NCBI GenBank assembly: GCA_964480435.1
Contig: CAYZSS010000001.1
Coordinates: 4,047 to 36,046, forward strand
DNA: 32,000 nt
Direction of reading: 5' to 3'
Origin: an uncultured archaeon
GTDB lineage: Archaea; Iainarchaeota; Iainarchaeia; Iainarchaeales; 0-14-0-20-30-16
Positions 17,977 through 26,019 of the stretch are shown one piece after another. Under the pieces are notes generated by a model. The model saw nothing but the letters and a program-made list of their open reading frames with translations, searched no databases and was not told the DNA's origin. Numbering within the stretch: the stretch's first letter is position 1; each line of letters starts with the position of its first letter. A program made the translations under genes and the position numbers.

Positions 17977-17998
17977 GGGGTTCGAAAACCCCTTTTTT
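17977..17998. terminator. Bidirectional stem-loop terminator between convergent genes
   Basis: GGGGTT (17977-17982), loop CGAA, AACCCC (17987-17992), then T6 on the plus strand. An A-run precedes it, which reads as a T-run on the minus strand. It sits between the stops at 17968 and 18004. Confidence 0.65.
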
Positions 17999-18003
17999 AT
18001 TTT

Positions 18004-18180
18004 TTATTTTTTACCTTTTTTCTTAACAGCCTTCTTAGTTGCTTTCTTTACTACTTTCTTAACAGTTTTTTTTACTGCTTTCTTTACTGTTTTCTTTACT
18101 ACTTTTGGTTTAGCTACTTTCTTAACAGTTTTCTTTACTGTTTTTGGCTTAGCTACTTTTTTCTTTTTTACTGCTGGCAA
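18004..18180 (-). CDS. 58-aa lysine-rich tetrad-repeat protein (possible nucleic-acid-binding/histone H1-tail-like)
   Basis: Absent from the ORF track (under 60 aa). TTG start at 18180 with GGAGGGG 7 nt upstream. Translation: (M)PAVKKKKVAKPKTVKKTVKKVAKPKVVKKTVKKAVKKTVKKVVKKATKKAVKKKGKK. Ends at TAA 18004-18006, next to the terminator. Confidence 0.55.
   Translation of the reverse strand: MPAVKKKKVAKPKTVKKTVKKVAKPKVVKKTVKKAVKKTVKKVVKKATKKAVKKKGKK
18016..18165 (-). repeat. Imperfect 12-nt periodic repeat inside the lysine-rich ORF
   Basis: Recurring TTCTTAACAG(T/C) and TTTCTTTACT(G/A) units on the plus strand. These encode x-V-K-K tetrads. Confidence 0.6.
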
Positions 18181-18597
18181 AACTTTCCCCTCCTTTTCTT
18201 TTAAAAATTGTTTGTTTGCAAAATACCCGCAAACTTTTTTTACTAAAAAATTATACAGAAAATAAAAACAAATTATATATAAATGTTTGCAAGATTTTTG
18301 CTTTTTTTGCTCAGTTTTTTTTAGTTTTTATTTTTTTTATTTTATAGAATTAGTTTTTATAAATGATTTTTTAAAATTCATCGGCCAAATTAATTTTTAT
18401 TTTTGGAGCTCAAGTTTTATTTTGCTTACCCCTAATTTAGAAACAGTAAATAAAATTTATTTTTTGAAATCAAATAACAGTTTTAGTTCTTGCATCAACC
18501 TTTCTGTTATTTTTTGTTTATTATAATTAATAGTCTCACAAAAAATAACTACAACCATTAATAGACATGAAAACCAACAACACAAAAATAAAAATAA

Positions 18598-19560
18598 TTA
18601 TTTATTCAGATAAAAGTTAGCAAGCATTGCTTCTATTTGAATTCTTTCTGTTGCACCTTGTGTTATTCTAAAATTAGTTTCTCCAATTACCTTTATTAAT
18701 TCTATTTTGTGCTCTAGTTTTATTTTTGAGTCATCACACTTTATTAATTCAGTATATACTTGCCCAACAATATCTTCGCCAGACATGCCATAATCAAACA
18801 TAAGTTTGTAAAGCAGTTCTCTTGCTTTTTTAAAGTCACCAGAGTAAGACGCAAAAATTAATTCGCCTATCTCTTCTGGTCTCGCTCTTGCGCTTACTTT
18901 AAACACATCTTCGCTTTTTATTTTTGTTTCAAGTGATGCGGTTGATTGTAAAATATTTATTGCCTTTCTTAGATCACCTTGGGAAACATAAAACAAAGAG
19001 TCTAAAGAACCCTTTTCAAAGTCTAGTTCTTCTATTTTTCCAATTTCTTCAAGTTTACTTATTATTGTATCCTTCTCTAAAGGCTTAAATCTAAATACAA
19101 CACATCTGCTTTGTATTGGCTCAATAATTCTACTTGAATAATTACATGACAAAATAAAACGACTAGTTTTTACATATCTTTCCATTGTTCTTCTCAAAGC
19201 TTGTTGAGCATCAGCAGTAAGAGAGTCAGCTTCATCCAAAAAAATAAGTTTATAGTCTGAGTTAAAAGGTAGAGTTCTTGCAAACTCTTTTATTGTATTT
19301 CTTACTACATCAATACCTCTATCATCAGATGCATTCAATTCTAAAAAATTTCTATCGTAATGTTCTCCAAAAAGATCTTTTGCCAAAGCAATAGCTGAAC
19401 TTGTTTTCCCAATTCCAGCAGAACCAGTAAACAGCATATTTGGGACCCGGTTTAGCTTGACATAGCTTCTTAACCTGTCTATTATAGATACGTGCCCAAC
19501 CACATCAGCCAAAGAGTCAGGCCTATATTTTTCGATCCATGGCAAGTTTTCTTTATCCAT
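18598..19560 (-). CDS. rfcS: Replication factor C small subunit
   Basis: LPWIEKYRP, Walker A GSAGIGKTS, DEADSLT, SRC motif QSRCVVFRF. ATG 19560 (MDKENLPW) is preferred over track TTG 19578. Confidence 0.92.
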   Translation of the reverse strand: MDKENLPWIEKYRPDSLADVVGHVSIIDRLRSYVKLNRVPNMLFTGSAGIGKTSSAIALAKDLFGEHYDRNFLELNASDDRGIDVVRNTIKEFARTLPFNSDYKLIFLDEADSLTADAQQALRRTMERYVKTSRFILSCNYSSRIIEPIQSRCVVFRFKPLEKDTIISKLEEIGKIEELDFEKGSLDSLFYVSQGDLRKAINILQSTASLETKIKSEDVFKVSARARPEEIGELIFASYSGDFKKARELLYKLMFDYGMSGEDIVGQVYTELIKCDDSKIKLEHKIELIKVIGETNFRITQGATERIQIEAMLANFYLNK

Positions 19561-19690
19561 AATATGATAAAAACACAATATTATTAAAAAGAAAATGCTC
19601 TTTGTTTTATATTACCAAAAAAGTGCCTAAAGGTATTTTAGGATTTCAAAATTAGGGATCAAATTTTAAAATAAAAAAAGAGGGAAAAAT

Positions 19691-20101
19691 ATGTATTTAT
19701 ATGCTATATTCGGAATAATTGTTGCTTATGTTGTGTCAGCAGTACTAAGTATTACTAATATTACTAGTAAAATGGGCAGTGTTTTGTACTATACTATGCC
19801 TTTGATTGGTTTTCTATTGATATATGTTATATTTATATTTATAGAGAAAGCAGTTGACTTTAATTTCAAAGAGCCCTACATCGGTTTAATCCTAATTGTT
19901 TTTTTATTTTTAGGATTCTACCTAGCATTCTTAATATATTATGGGCAAAGCGCAATATTTTCAAGCGTTACCTTTGCACAAGTATTTAGTCAAATTAAGA
20001 TAAACTGGATCAAATATATGACAGCAACCCCCTATATTTATTTCATTATAGGATCTTTCTTTGGTTGGGCAGCATATGCAATAGATAAAAACAAAAATTA
20101 A
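19691..20101 (+). CDS. Hypothetical polytopic membrane protein
   Basis: 136 aa with about four hydrophobic helices. GAGGG lies upstream. No recognisable motif. Confidence 0.55.
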   Translation: MYLYAIFGIIVAYVVSAVLSITNITSKMGSVLYYTMPLIGFLLIYVIFIFIEKAVDFNFKEPYIGLILIVFLFLGFYLAFLIYYGQSAIFSSVTFAQVFSQIKINWIKYMTATPYIYFIIGSFFGWAAYAIDKNKN

Positions 20102-20121
20102 ATAAAAAAGGCAGTGATAAA

Positions 20122-22296
20122 ATGGAATATGCAAGAGTAGATGAAATTATTATTAAAGTAAAAGAAGCCGACCCAAGTTTATTAGGCAGAAACATTATCA
20201 CCTTAGATGGTTCAAGCAAAGAAAGATTAAGATTATCTGCAGGGGATTTTGTTTCTATAAAAGGACAGAAAGAAACCGTTGCACAAGTATGGCCAACTCG
20301 TTCCATTGATGAACCCGAGGCATTTATTAGAATGGATAGCCTGATAAGACAAAATGCAAAAGTAGGCATTGGAGATACTGTACTAATTAAAAAAGCAGTT
20401 GTAAAAGAAGGACACAAAATAATTCTAGCACCAACACAAATTATAAAATTACCTCCCAATAATAACTTTGCAAGAATTGCAAAAAAACAATACTTAGGAC
20501 GAGCTTTAAGCGCAGGGGACAGAATACATTTGTCTTTATTTGGAAACCCAATGCAATATTTTGTTACAAAAACTAACCCCCCTGGGTTTGTATCAGTAAG
20601 TGATTCTACTATTTTTGAACTTCTTGAAACACCCATTACTCTGGAAAATGCCGAAATTTCAAAAATAGGATATAACAGAATAGGAGGTTTAGGAAAACAA
20701 TTAAATAAAGTAAGAGAAATGATTGAACTTCCGTTAAAGCACCCAGAAATATTTGAAAAAATGGGGGTTAGCCCGCCAAAAGGAATTTTATTTTTTGGAC
20801 CACCTGGAACAGGAAAAACTTTATTAGCCAGGGCAATTGCTAATGAAACAAATGCAAATTTTACTATAATAAACGGACCAGAAATTATGAGTAAATATGT
20901 TGGTGGTGCTGAAGAAAAACTAAGAACAATTTTTAAAGAAGCAGAGGAAAATGCCCCCGCAATTATTTTTATTGATGAGATAGATGCAATTGCAACAAAT
21001 AGAGACAATTCAGAAAGTGAAACAGGCCGAAGAGTTGTTGGACAATTACTTAGTTTAATGGATGGATTGCAAGCAAGAGGAGATATAATTGTTATTGCTG
21101 CAACAAATAGAGCTAACTCTATAGATCCCGCATTAAGAAGACCAGGAAGGTTTGATAGAGAACTACATATTAATGCACCAGACAAAGATGGTAGAAGAGA
21201 AATATTTGATATCCATACAGCTGGGGTTCCTCTTGCAAAGGATGTTAATTTAGATACTTTGGCAAAAAAAACTCACGGATTTGTTGGAGCAGATATTGCT
21301 GCCCTAATTAAAGAATCTGCAATGCAAGCTATTAGGCGAATACTTCCAAAAATCGATATGGAAGAAGAAACAATACCAAAAGAAATTTTAGACAGCTTAG
21401 AAATAATCATGCAAGATTGTGATAATGCTCTGCTTGAAGTACACCCTTCCGCATTAAGAGAAGTAATGATTGAAGTGCCAAATGTATCTTGGGAAGATAT
21501 TGGTGGCTTAGAAGAAGTCAAAGAACAATTAAAAAAAGGTGTTGAATGGCCTTTACAACATTCAGAATCATTCAGCAAAATGGGTATTAGCCCAATAAAA
21601 GGGATATTATTATATGGCCCTCCTGGAACGGGAAAAACAATGCTAGCAAAAGCAGTTGCAAGAAAAAGCGAAGCAAATTTTATTAGCGTAAGAGGTCCAG
21701 AATTATTTAGTAAATGGGTTGGAGATAGTGAAAAAGCACTAAGAGAAATATTTACAAAAGCAAGACAAACAAGCCCTTGTGTGATATTTTTTGATGAAAT
21801 AGATGCCTTAGCCCCAAGAAGAGACCAAATAGCGGATGGTGGGGTAAGTGCAAGACTAGTTAACCAACTTCTTGTTGAGTTAGATGGTCTGTCCGAGCTT
21901 AAAGGAGTTGTACTAATTGCTGCAACAAATAGACCGGATATTATTGATCCTGCTTTATTAAGACCAGGAAGATTTGATAATATTATTTTTGTTCCACCAC
22001 CTGATTTAGAATCAAGAAGAGAAATAATAAAAAAGGTTTCAAAAGATATGCCTTTATCAAAAGAAGCTGAAGAATTTTTAGATACTCTTGCAGAAAAAAT
22101 AGACACCTATTCAGGGGCAGACATAAATTCATTACTAAGAGAATCCGCGCTAATTTCTTTGGACAGATCAAAGATGAAAGACACCAAGGTCGGAGTAGAA
22201 GACATTAAAGCAGGGCTAAAAAAAATACGGCCTAGTCTTACAAAAGAAGTAGTAAATGAATATAAAAAATTTGAGAAAAATATAAATCTCAATTAA
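20122..22296 (+). CDS. cdc48: CDC48/VCP-like AAA+ ATPase (N domain plus D1 plus D2)
   Basis: 724 aa. Two AAA modules with GPPGTGKTLLARAIA / IIFIDEIDA and GPPGTGKTMLAKAVA / VIFFDEIDA. Each is followed by ATNRxxxIDPALxRPGRFD. Confidence 0.95.
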   Translation: MEYARVDEIIIKVKEADPSLLGRNIITLDGSSKERLRLSAGDFVSIKGQKETVAQVWPTRSIDEPEAFIRMDSLIRQNAKVGIGDTVLIKKAVVKEGHKIILAPTQIIKLPPNNNFARIAKKQYLGRALSAGDRIHLSLFGNPMQYFVTKTNPPGFVSVSDSTIFELLETPITLENAEISKIGYNRIGGLGKQLNKVREMIELPLKHPEIFEKMGVSPPKGILFFGPPGTGKTLLARAIANETNANFTIINGPEIMSKYVGGAEEKLRTIFKEAEENAPAIIFIDEIDAIATNRDNSESETGRRVVGQLLSLMDGLQARGDIIVIAATNRANSIDPALRRPGRFDRELHINAPDKDGRREIFDIHTAGVPLAKDVNLDTLAKKTHGFVGADIAALIKESAMQAIRRILPKIDMEEETIPKEILDSLEIIMQDCDNALLEVHPSALREVMIEVPNVSWEDIGGLEEVKEQLKKGVEWPLQHSESFSKMGISPIKGILLYGPPGTGKTMLAKAVARKSEANFISVRGPELFSKWVGDSEKALREIFTKARQTSPCVIFFDEIDALAPRRDQIADGGVSARLVNQLLVELDGLSELKGVVLIAATNRPDIIDPALLRPGRFDNIIFVPPPDLESRREIIKKVSKDMPLSKEAEEFLDTLAEKIDTYSGADINSLLRESALISLDRSKMKDTKVGVEDIKAGLKKIRPSLTKEVVNEYKKFEKNINLN

Positions 22297-22660
22297 AGAA
22301 AAGAGCAACATCTTTTCCTATTTTTTCTTTTATTCTGTCTTGCATTTCTTGGATTTGCGATTCAGTAAAGTCTTTCTCTGCAGATAATTTTAGACTTATA
22401 CTTAAAACAGCGTCCTGAACCTCCAAGTCTATATCTTGTATAGTTAATAAAATATTATTTTGAACAAAGTAAGTTTCGACTTCTGTTTTTATAATGCCTA
22501 TATCAGAAATATCTTTGGTACTTCCAAAAGTAAAATAATAAAGGGTGCCAGCAAGCAAGATAATAATTATTGTCACAAAAAGAATTTCAAAACTTGATTG
22601 CCCTTTTTGATTTTTTTTATTATTTGCTTTATTCAATAACTTCTGCATATGTTTTCCCAT
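22289..22660 (-). CDS. Class-III-signal (type IV pilin-like) protein, 123 aa
   Basis: N-terminus ...NKKNQKG|QSSFEILFVTIIIILLAGTLYYF: basic leader, G at -1, Q at +1, E at +5, then a hydrophobic helix. Start is ambiguous (22660 or 22648). Its 3' end overlaps the cdc48 stop by 8 nt. Confidence 0.6.
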   Translation of the reverse strand: MGKHMQKLLNKANNKKNQKGQSSFEILFVTIIIILLAGTLYYFTFGSTKDISDIGIIKTEVETYFVQNNILLTIQDIDLEVQDAVLSISLKLSAEKDFTESQIQEMQDRIKEKIGKDVALFFN

Positions 22661-23081
22661 CTTGTTCTTTAAATATACTCACCAGATATTCTTTTTTTCC
22701 TAATAAAGTCATACCATCCGTATTTGCTAGCCCTGACAAATCAAAAGATTTTATGCAAAGCCCATCAGCAGAACAGTATGCATTTTGTGGAGGATCTTTT
22801 AATGTTATTTTGTAAGTTAATGAATCTTGTAAAATGGTGATATTTGCATCTTCAGGGATAAATACAATTATTTGGGTTTTTGCAATAGACTCACTCAAAG
22901 AAACATATTCTATTGCTTCTTTTAAATTTTTTGCAGAGCCATCAATATATGCCAAACTAGAAATATCGCTTATAGAATCTTTTGCAGAATCAGAGAACGG
23001 GATTACTATTGTTTGCAATAAAATAAGAATTACCACAACAATCAAAATAAACTCAATGCTTAACTGACCTTTATTTCTCAT
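22629..23081 (-). CDS. Class-III-signal (type IV pilin-like) protein, 150 aa
   Basis: MRNKG|QLSIEFILIVVVILILL. ATGA overlap with the peptidase stop. GGTGGG SD. One Cys pair (CSADGLC). Confidence 0.7.
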   Translation of the reverse strand: MRNKGQLSIEFILIVVVILILLQTIVIPFSDSAKDSISDISSLAYIDGSAKNLKEAIEYVSLSESIAKTQIIVFIPEDANITILQDSLTYKITLKDPPQNAYCSADGLCIKSFDLSGLANTDGMTLLGKKEYLVSIFKEQDGKTYAEVIE

Positions 23082-24157
23082 ATTAACCCACCAACTAATA
23101 ACAATAAAACATAACTTAAAAACAAAGCAGGAGTTAAAGGGACACTTTGTTTAACATAAATCTCATTTGGAATTATTTTTTCCTTATGCAATTTCTTAAG
23201 CAAAGTAATATCTTCAGGATATAATCCACCCGGCCTTGCAAGAATTACATAATCGTAATTTTTGTCCTTCATTAAATCTAACTTCGATTGCAATATATCT
23301 TTATTTTTGAAATATTTAAAGATATCTTTTATTTTTGGCTTGTAAACTTGCTTGTTATCTTTAATATAAATCGATTCATAAAGTATTTCTCCCTCTATCA
23401 GACCCGATATCTTTTTTGCATTGGCAAAACCCCTTGATCTAACAAAACTAAACAATTTGACAAAAGAAAAGAAAATAACAGAAATTAGAACATAAACAAT
23501 AGCAGTAAAGATGTTTAGAGGATTAAGATACAAGGTAATTGCAAAAACTATTAGAGATATTGGCAACAAAATCTTCCAAGTTATTTTAAAAAGCAAAAAA
23601 GATAATAATGCGAATATTGTTGGAATCCCCAATAAACCAAATATAAAATATAAACCCACCAAAGTTATTGCAACAAAAAAGTAGCTTGGTAGCTTTTTTA
23701 CTAACTCCTGAAAAATTATTTTATAGTACTGATTAGCAATAATTCGTTTTATTGCTAAAAAGAAACCAAGTGGAAAAATAATAAATACTGATAGAATGAA
23801 GAAAGCCAGAATAAAATAGTAATTTATTCCTGATGAAAAAAATACTGAAAAATCTTGGAGAGGTATAGAAAAAGCCACCCCTGAAATTATTTTTGCATCC
23901 CCTCCTGCAAAAACAGAAAAATACCATAAGAGGTAACAAACAAAAAAAGTGCCAAATCCAATAATAAAAGGCCAGAATAAAAATTTGCCAACATAAATGC
24001 TTTTTGCTATCCAAAATAATATTCCAAACCCCATTAATCCAAAAGAAAGATAATTAGATATCTCCCTAGTCTTTAGATCAGTGTATGCCCCTATTGCCAG
24101 GGCAACAAAAACAACCACATAGTTAAGATAAGAAAAAATAAACTCTAAAAAATACAT
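23078..24157 (-). CDS. A24-family aspartyl prepilin/preflagellin peptidase with C-terminal extension
   Basis: Two catalytic Asp contexts about 60 aa apart: AYTDLKTREISN and VFAGGDAKIISG. Polytopic. An extra roughly 110-aa soluble segment plus a terminal TM at the C-terminus. Confidence 0.85.
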   Translation of the reverse strand: MYFLEFIFSYLNYVVVFVALAIGAYTDLKTREISNYLSFGLMGFGILFWIAKSIYVGKFLFWPFIIGFGTFFVCYLLWYFSVFAGGDAKIISGVAFSIPLQDFSVFFSSGINYYFILAFFILSVFIIFPLGFFLAIKRIIANQYYKIIFQELVKKLPSYFFVAITLVGLYFIFGLLGIPTIFALLSFLLFKITWKILLPISLIVFAITLYLNPLNIFTAIVYVLISVIFFSFVKLFSFVRSRGFANAKKISGLIEGEILYESIYIKDNKQVYKPKIKDIFKYFKNKDILQSKLDLMKDKNYDYVILARPGGLYPEDITLLKKLHKEKIIPNEIYVKQSVPLTPALFLSYVLLLLVGGLI

Positions 24158-24187
24158 AATATAAAAAAAGGAGGAGAGAATAAAAAA
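24158..24187 (-). terminator. Two oligo-T tracts between the last small pilin and the peptidase gene
   Basis: Minus strand reads TAG-TTTTTT-ATTCTCTCCTCC-TTTTTTT-ATATT-ATG. These are A6 at 24182-24187 and A7 at 24163-24169 on the plus strand. Possible partial terminator. Confidence 0.35.
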
Positions 24188-24379
24188 CTATTCGAAAGTC
24201 TTCTTAAAAAACTCAAGTTTATAATTTTCTATCCTTGTTTGGGCAACTTGCCCAATTTTTCTTAATTGCATCACAAAAAGAGTAACAGCAATAACAAGCA
24301 AAACAGAGAAAACGATAGTGAGAAGGTACTCAAATGAGATTTGCCCTCTTTTATCTTTTACTGCTTTACTTACTAACAT
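24188..24379 (-). CDS. Small class-III-signal pilin, 63 aa
   Basis: MLVSKAVKDKRG|QISFEYLLTIVFSVLLVIAVTLFV. SD AGTGATC upstream. Confidence 0.75.
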   Translation of the reverse strand: MLVSKAVKDKRGQISFEYLLTIVFSVLLVIAVTLFVMQLRKIGQVAQTRIENYKLEFFKKTFE

Positions 24380-24389
24380 AAGATCACTT

Positions 24390-24665
24390 TTATTCTACAA
24401 CACTGCCATCTAGATTAAAGTCTTTTGTTGCTTTATTTATTTGGTCATCATATACTTGCTGAGTATCGTTAATATCATCTTTTGCTGCTGAAGATGTTTT
24501 TATTAATACCCCTATTACAACTGCGGCAATAAGAATTGCTGCACCAATGATTAAAAGATATTCAAGGGCACCTTGTCCTTTTTTTTCTTTTAAAAAAATG
24601 GACCCTGTTGGGGTTTTGTTTGAAAACCCACAACTTGGTGCCTTAGTTTCTTTTAAGAAAGACAT
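24390..24665 (-). CDS. Small class-III-signal pilin with long (31 aa) leader, 91 aa
   Basis: ...SIFLKEKKG|QGALEYLLIIGAAILIAAVVIGVLI. ATG 24665 is supported by GAGTGATA 4 nt upstream. Confidence 0.7.
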   Translation of the reverse strand: MSFLKETKAPSCGFSNKTPTGSIFLKEKKGQGALEYLLIIGAAILIAAVVIGVLIKTSSAAKDDINDTQQVYDDQINKATKDFNLDGSVVE

Positions 24666-24671
24666 ATCTTA

Positions 24672-24869
24672 TCACTCTGCTATAACGTGATTTAAGTCAT
24701 CTAGTTGATTTGATGCTGTATTCATGGATTCGTTTACATCAGTCTTTGCTGACCTTGCTGAGCTTATTAGAACTGCAATTACAATTGCTGCAATTAGTAC
24801 TGCTGCTCCTATAATCAAAATATACTCTAAAGCACCCTGTGCTTTCTTATCTTTCACAAATTTGAACAT
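24672..24869 (-). CDS. Small class-III-signal pilin (candidate major pilin), 65 aa
   Basis: MFKFVKDKKA|QGALEYILIIGAAVLIAAIVIAVLI. ATG 24869 has GGAGGT 7 nt upstream. The upstream extension in the track (to 24893) lacks an SD. Confidence 0.85.
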   Translation of the reverse strand: MFKFVKDKKAQGALEYILIIGAAVLIAAIVIAVLISSARSAKTDVNESMNTASNQLDDLNHVIAE

Positions 24870-24870
24870 C

Positions 24871-25047
24871 TTAATTACCTCCAACCTGTTCACTTACTTG
24901 ATCTATTAAATCTGCGCCTTGTTGCTGTGGTTTAGCAAGGCTTCTTTTTAAATATACTCCTACTAGCGTTGCAATAACAATAACTATGACTACTCCAATA
25001 AGGAGTTCTATGCTTGCTTGTCCTTTTTTCTCTTTTATGAAGGTCAT
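24871..25047 (-). CDS. Small class-III-signal pilin, 58 aa
   Basis: MTFIKEKKG|QASIELLIGVVIVIVIATLVGVYL. This is the C-terminal part of the 161-aa track ORF. AGGGTG lies upstream of ATG 25047. Confidence 0.8.
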   Translation of the reverse strand: MTFIKEKKGQASIELLIGVVIVIVIATLVGVYLKRSLAKPQQQGADLIDQVSEQVGGN

Positions 25048-25135
25048 TACAACACCCTTTATGATATATACATTATACTTATTTTTATACGTTTCTATCT
25101 TGAATATAATAATAAATACTGGTTTGGGTGACATT
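25048..25135. promoter_or_regulatory. Divergent promoter region (pilin operon and 25136 gene)
   Basis: AT-rich with several TATA-like boxes: TTTATGATATATAC, TTATTTTTATAC, GAATATAATAATAAAT. Sits between divergent starts. Confidence 0.35.
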
Positions 25136-25951
25136 TTGGGTGCAAAACTTCTTGATCTCATTAAACGAAATAGAACTACACAAATCACATTGAGATTGCC
25201 TGATTTTAGAGTTAAATCAGTGAGAAAAGGGAAAGGACTTGATATTAAAATAGAGAAAATATTTGGAAGAATACACGAAATTAACTTAGAAAAAGCCAAT
25301 TTGACTAGTTTTTCAGAAGTACTTACAAAAATCCTTGATAGAATTGAGACAAACATTCAACATGTAAATAACTTAGAGCAAGTTGCCAGAGTATTAGCAG
25401 ATGTTTTCGTAAAGCTAGAGCCGCTAGAAACAAAAGGGCTAGAAGCGCGAAGAAGAATCTTTAACTTCCTTATTGTTGCCGGGTTTTCTAAAGAAAGAAA
25501 AGACGAATTTTCCAGAAAATTTGTGAAATTAAACTGGGTTAGCGGATTAGCCTCAGAGCAGAATGAAAAGCTTGCTGCCCCTGAGCTAATTATGGTGGCT
25601 TTATCAAGAGAAACTAGTGACATAAAAATCGACCAAAAAATATTTAGTGCAGGAGTTAAAAATTTACCAGAAGTGGCCAGAAAATGGGCAAAAGACGTAA
25701 ACTCAATAACTAATTTGGGGGCGGTAGTGGCAGGAGCAATTAGATTTTACAAATCCGAAATCAGTAAAGATAAGATAGAAAATAGAGCTGCTGTTGCGGG
25801 AATATATAATTTTTTATTTGCTGTTGCTGGTTCTTCAGAAGATGACGCAATAAGGCAAACAGCAAGGTCTTTTTTGAAGAAAAACTGGCTGCCAAAATTA
25901 GTTGATCCAGATATTTTCAGAAAACATATTGGGAAAATAGCACAAGGTTAA
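25136..25951 (+). CDS. Hypothetical soluble protein with internal duplication
   Basis: Two related roughly 90-aa halves: RRRIFNFLIVAGFSKERKDEFSRKFVKLNWVSGL and VAGIYNFLFAVAGSSEDDAIRQTARSFLKKNWLPKL. TTG 25136 was chosen because GGGTGA lies 4 nt upstream. The start is uncertain. Confidence 0.45.
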   Translation: MGAKLLDLIKRNRTTQITLRLPDFRVKSVRKGKGLDIKIEKIFGRIHEINLEKANLTSFSEVLTKILDRIETNIQHVNNLEQVARVLADVFVKLEPLETKGLEARRRIFNFLIVAGFSKERKDEFSRKFVKLNWVSGLASEQNEKLAAPELIMVALSRETSDIKIDQKIFSAGVKNLPEVARKWAKDVNSITNLGAVVAGAIRFYKSEISKDKIENRAAVAGIYNFLFAVAGSSEDDAIRQTARSFLKKNWLPKLVDPDIFRKHIGKIAQG

Positions 25952-26019
25952 AAACAATAAGATATTTAAATATCTGTTTTTATTCTTATATAGTTATTTA
26001 TATTTATGGAGGCTTAAAA

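Noticed and set aside
18287-18526. 79-aa F-rich ORF in the long AT-rich spacer
   Set aside because: The composition is driven by T runs (poly-Phe/Ser/Leu). It has no SD and no motif, so it is likely non-coding.
18181-18597. Replication origin hypothesis for the long AT-rich spacer near rfcS
   Set aside because: I could not find multiple copies of a longer ORB-like inverted repeat. No orc1/cdc6 gene is adjacent. AT-richness alone is not diagnostic in this genome.
20046-22106. Two long antisense ORFs (379 aa at 20046-21185 and 277 aa at 21273-22106) opposite cdc48
   Set aside because: Their translations are low-complexity (S/I/L/F/P-rich) with no motifs. The plus-strand frame encodes a complete, highly conserved double-AAA protein. 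These are shadow ORFs, typical of the antisense of K/E/G-rich coding sequence.
24986-25135. N-terminal extension of the 321-aa plus-strand ORF
   Set aside because: It overlaps the pilin gene on the opposite strand and the promoter spacer, and its translation is hydrophobic junk. An SD-supported TTG lies at 25136.
25048-25356. N-terminal 103 aa of the 161-aa minus-strand track ORF (24871-25356)
   Set aside because: Only the last 58 aa form a coherent pilin with its own SD and ATG (25047). The upstream part is antisense to the 25136-25951 gene and crosses a TATA-rich promoter region.
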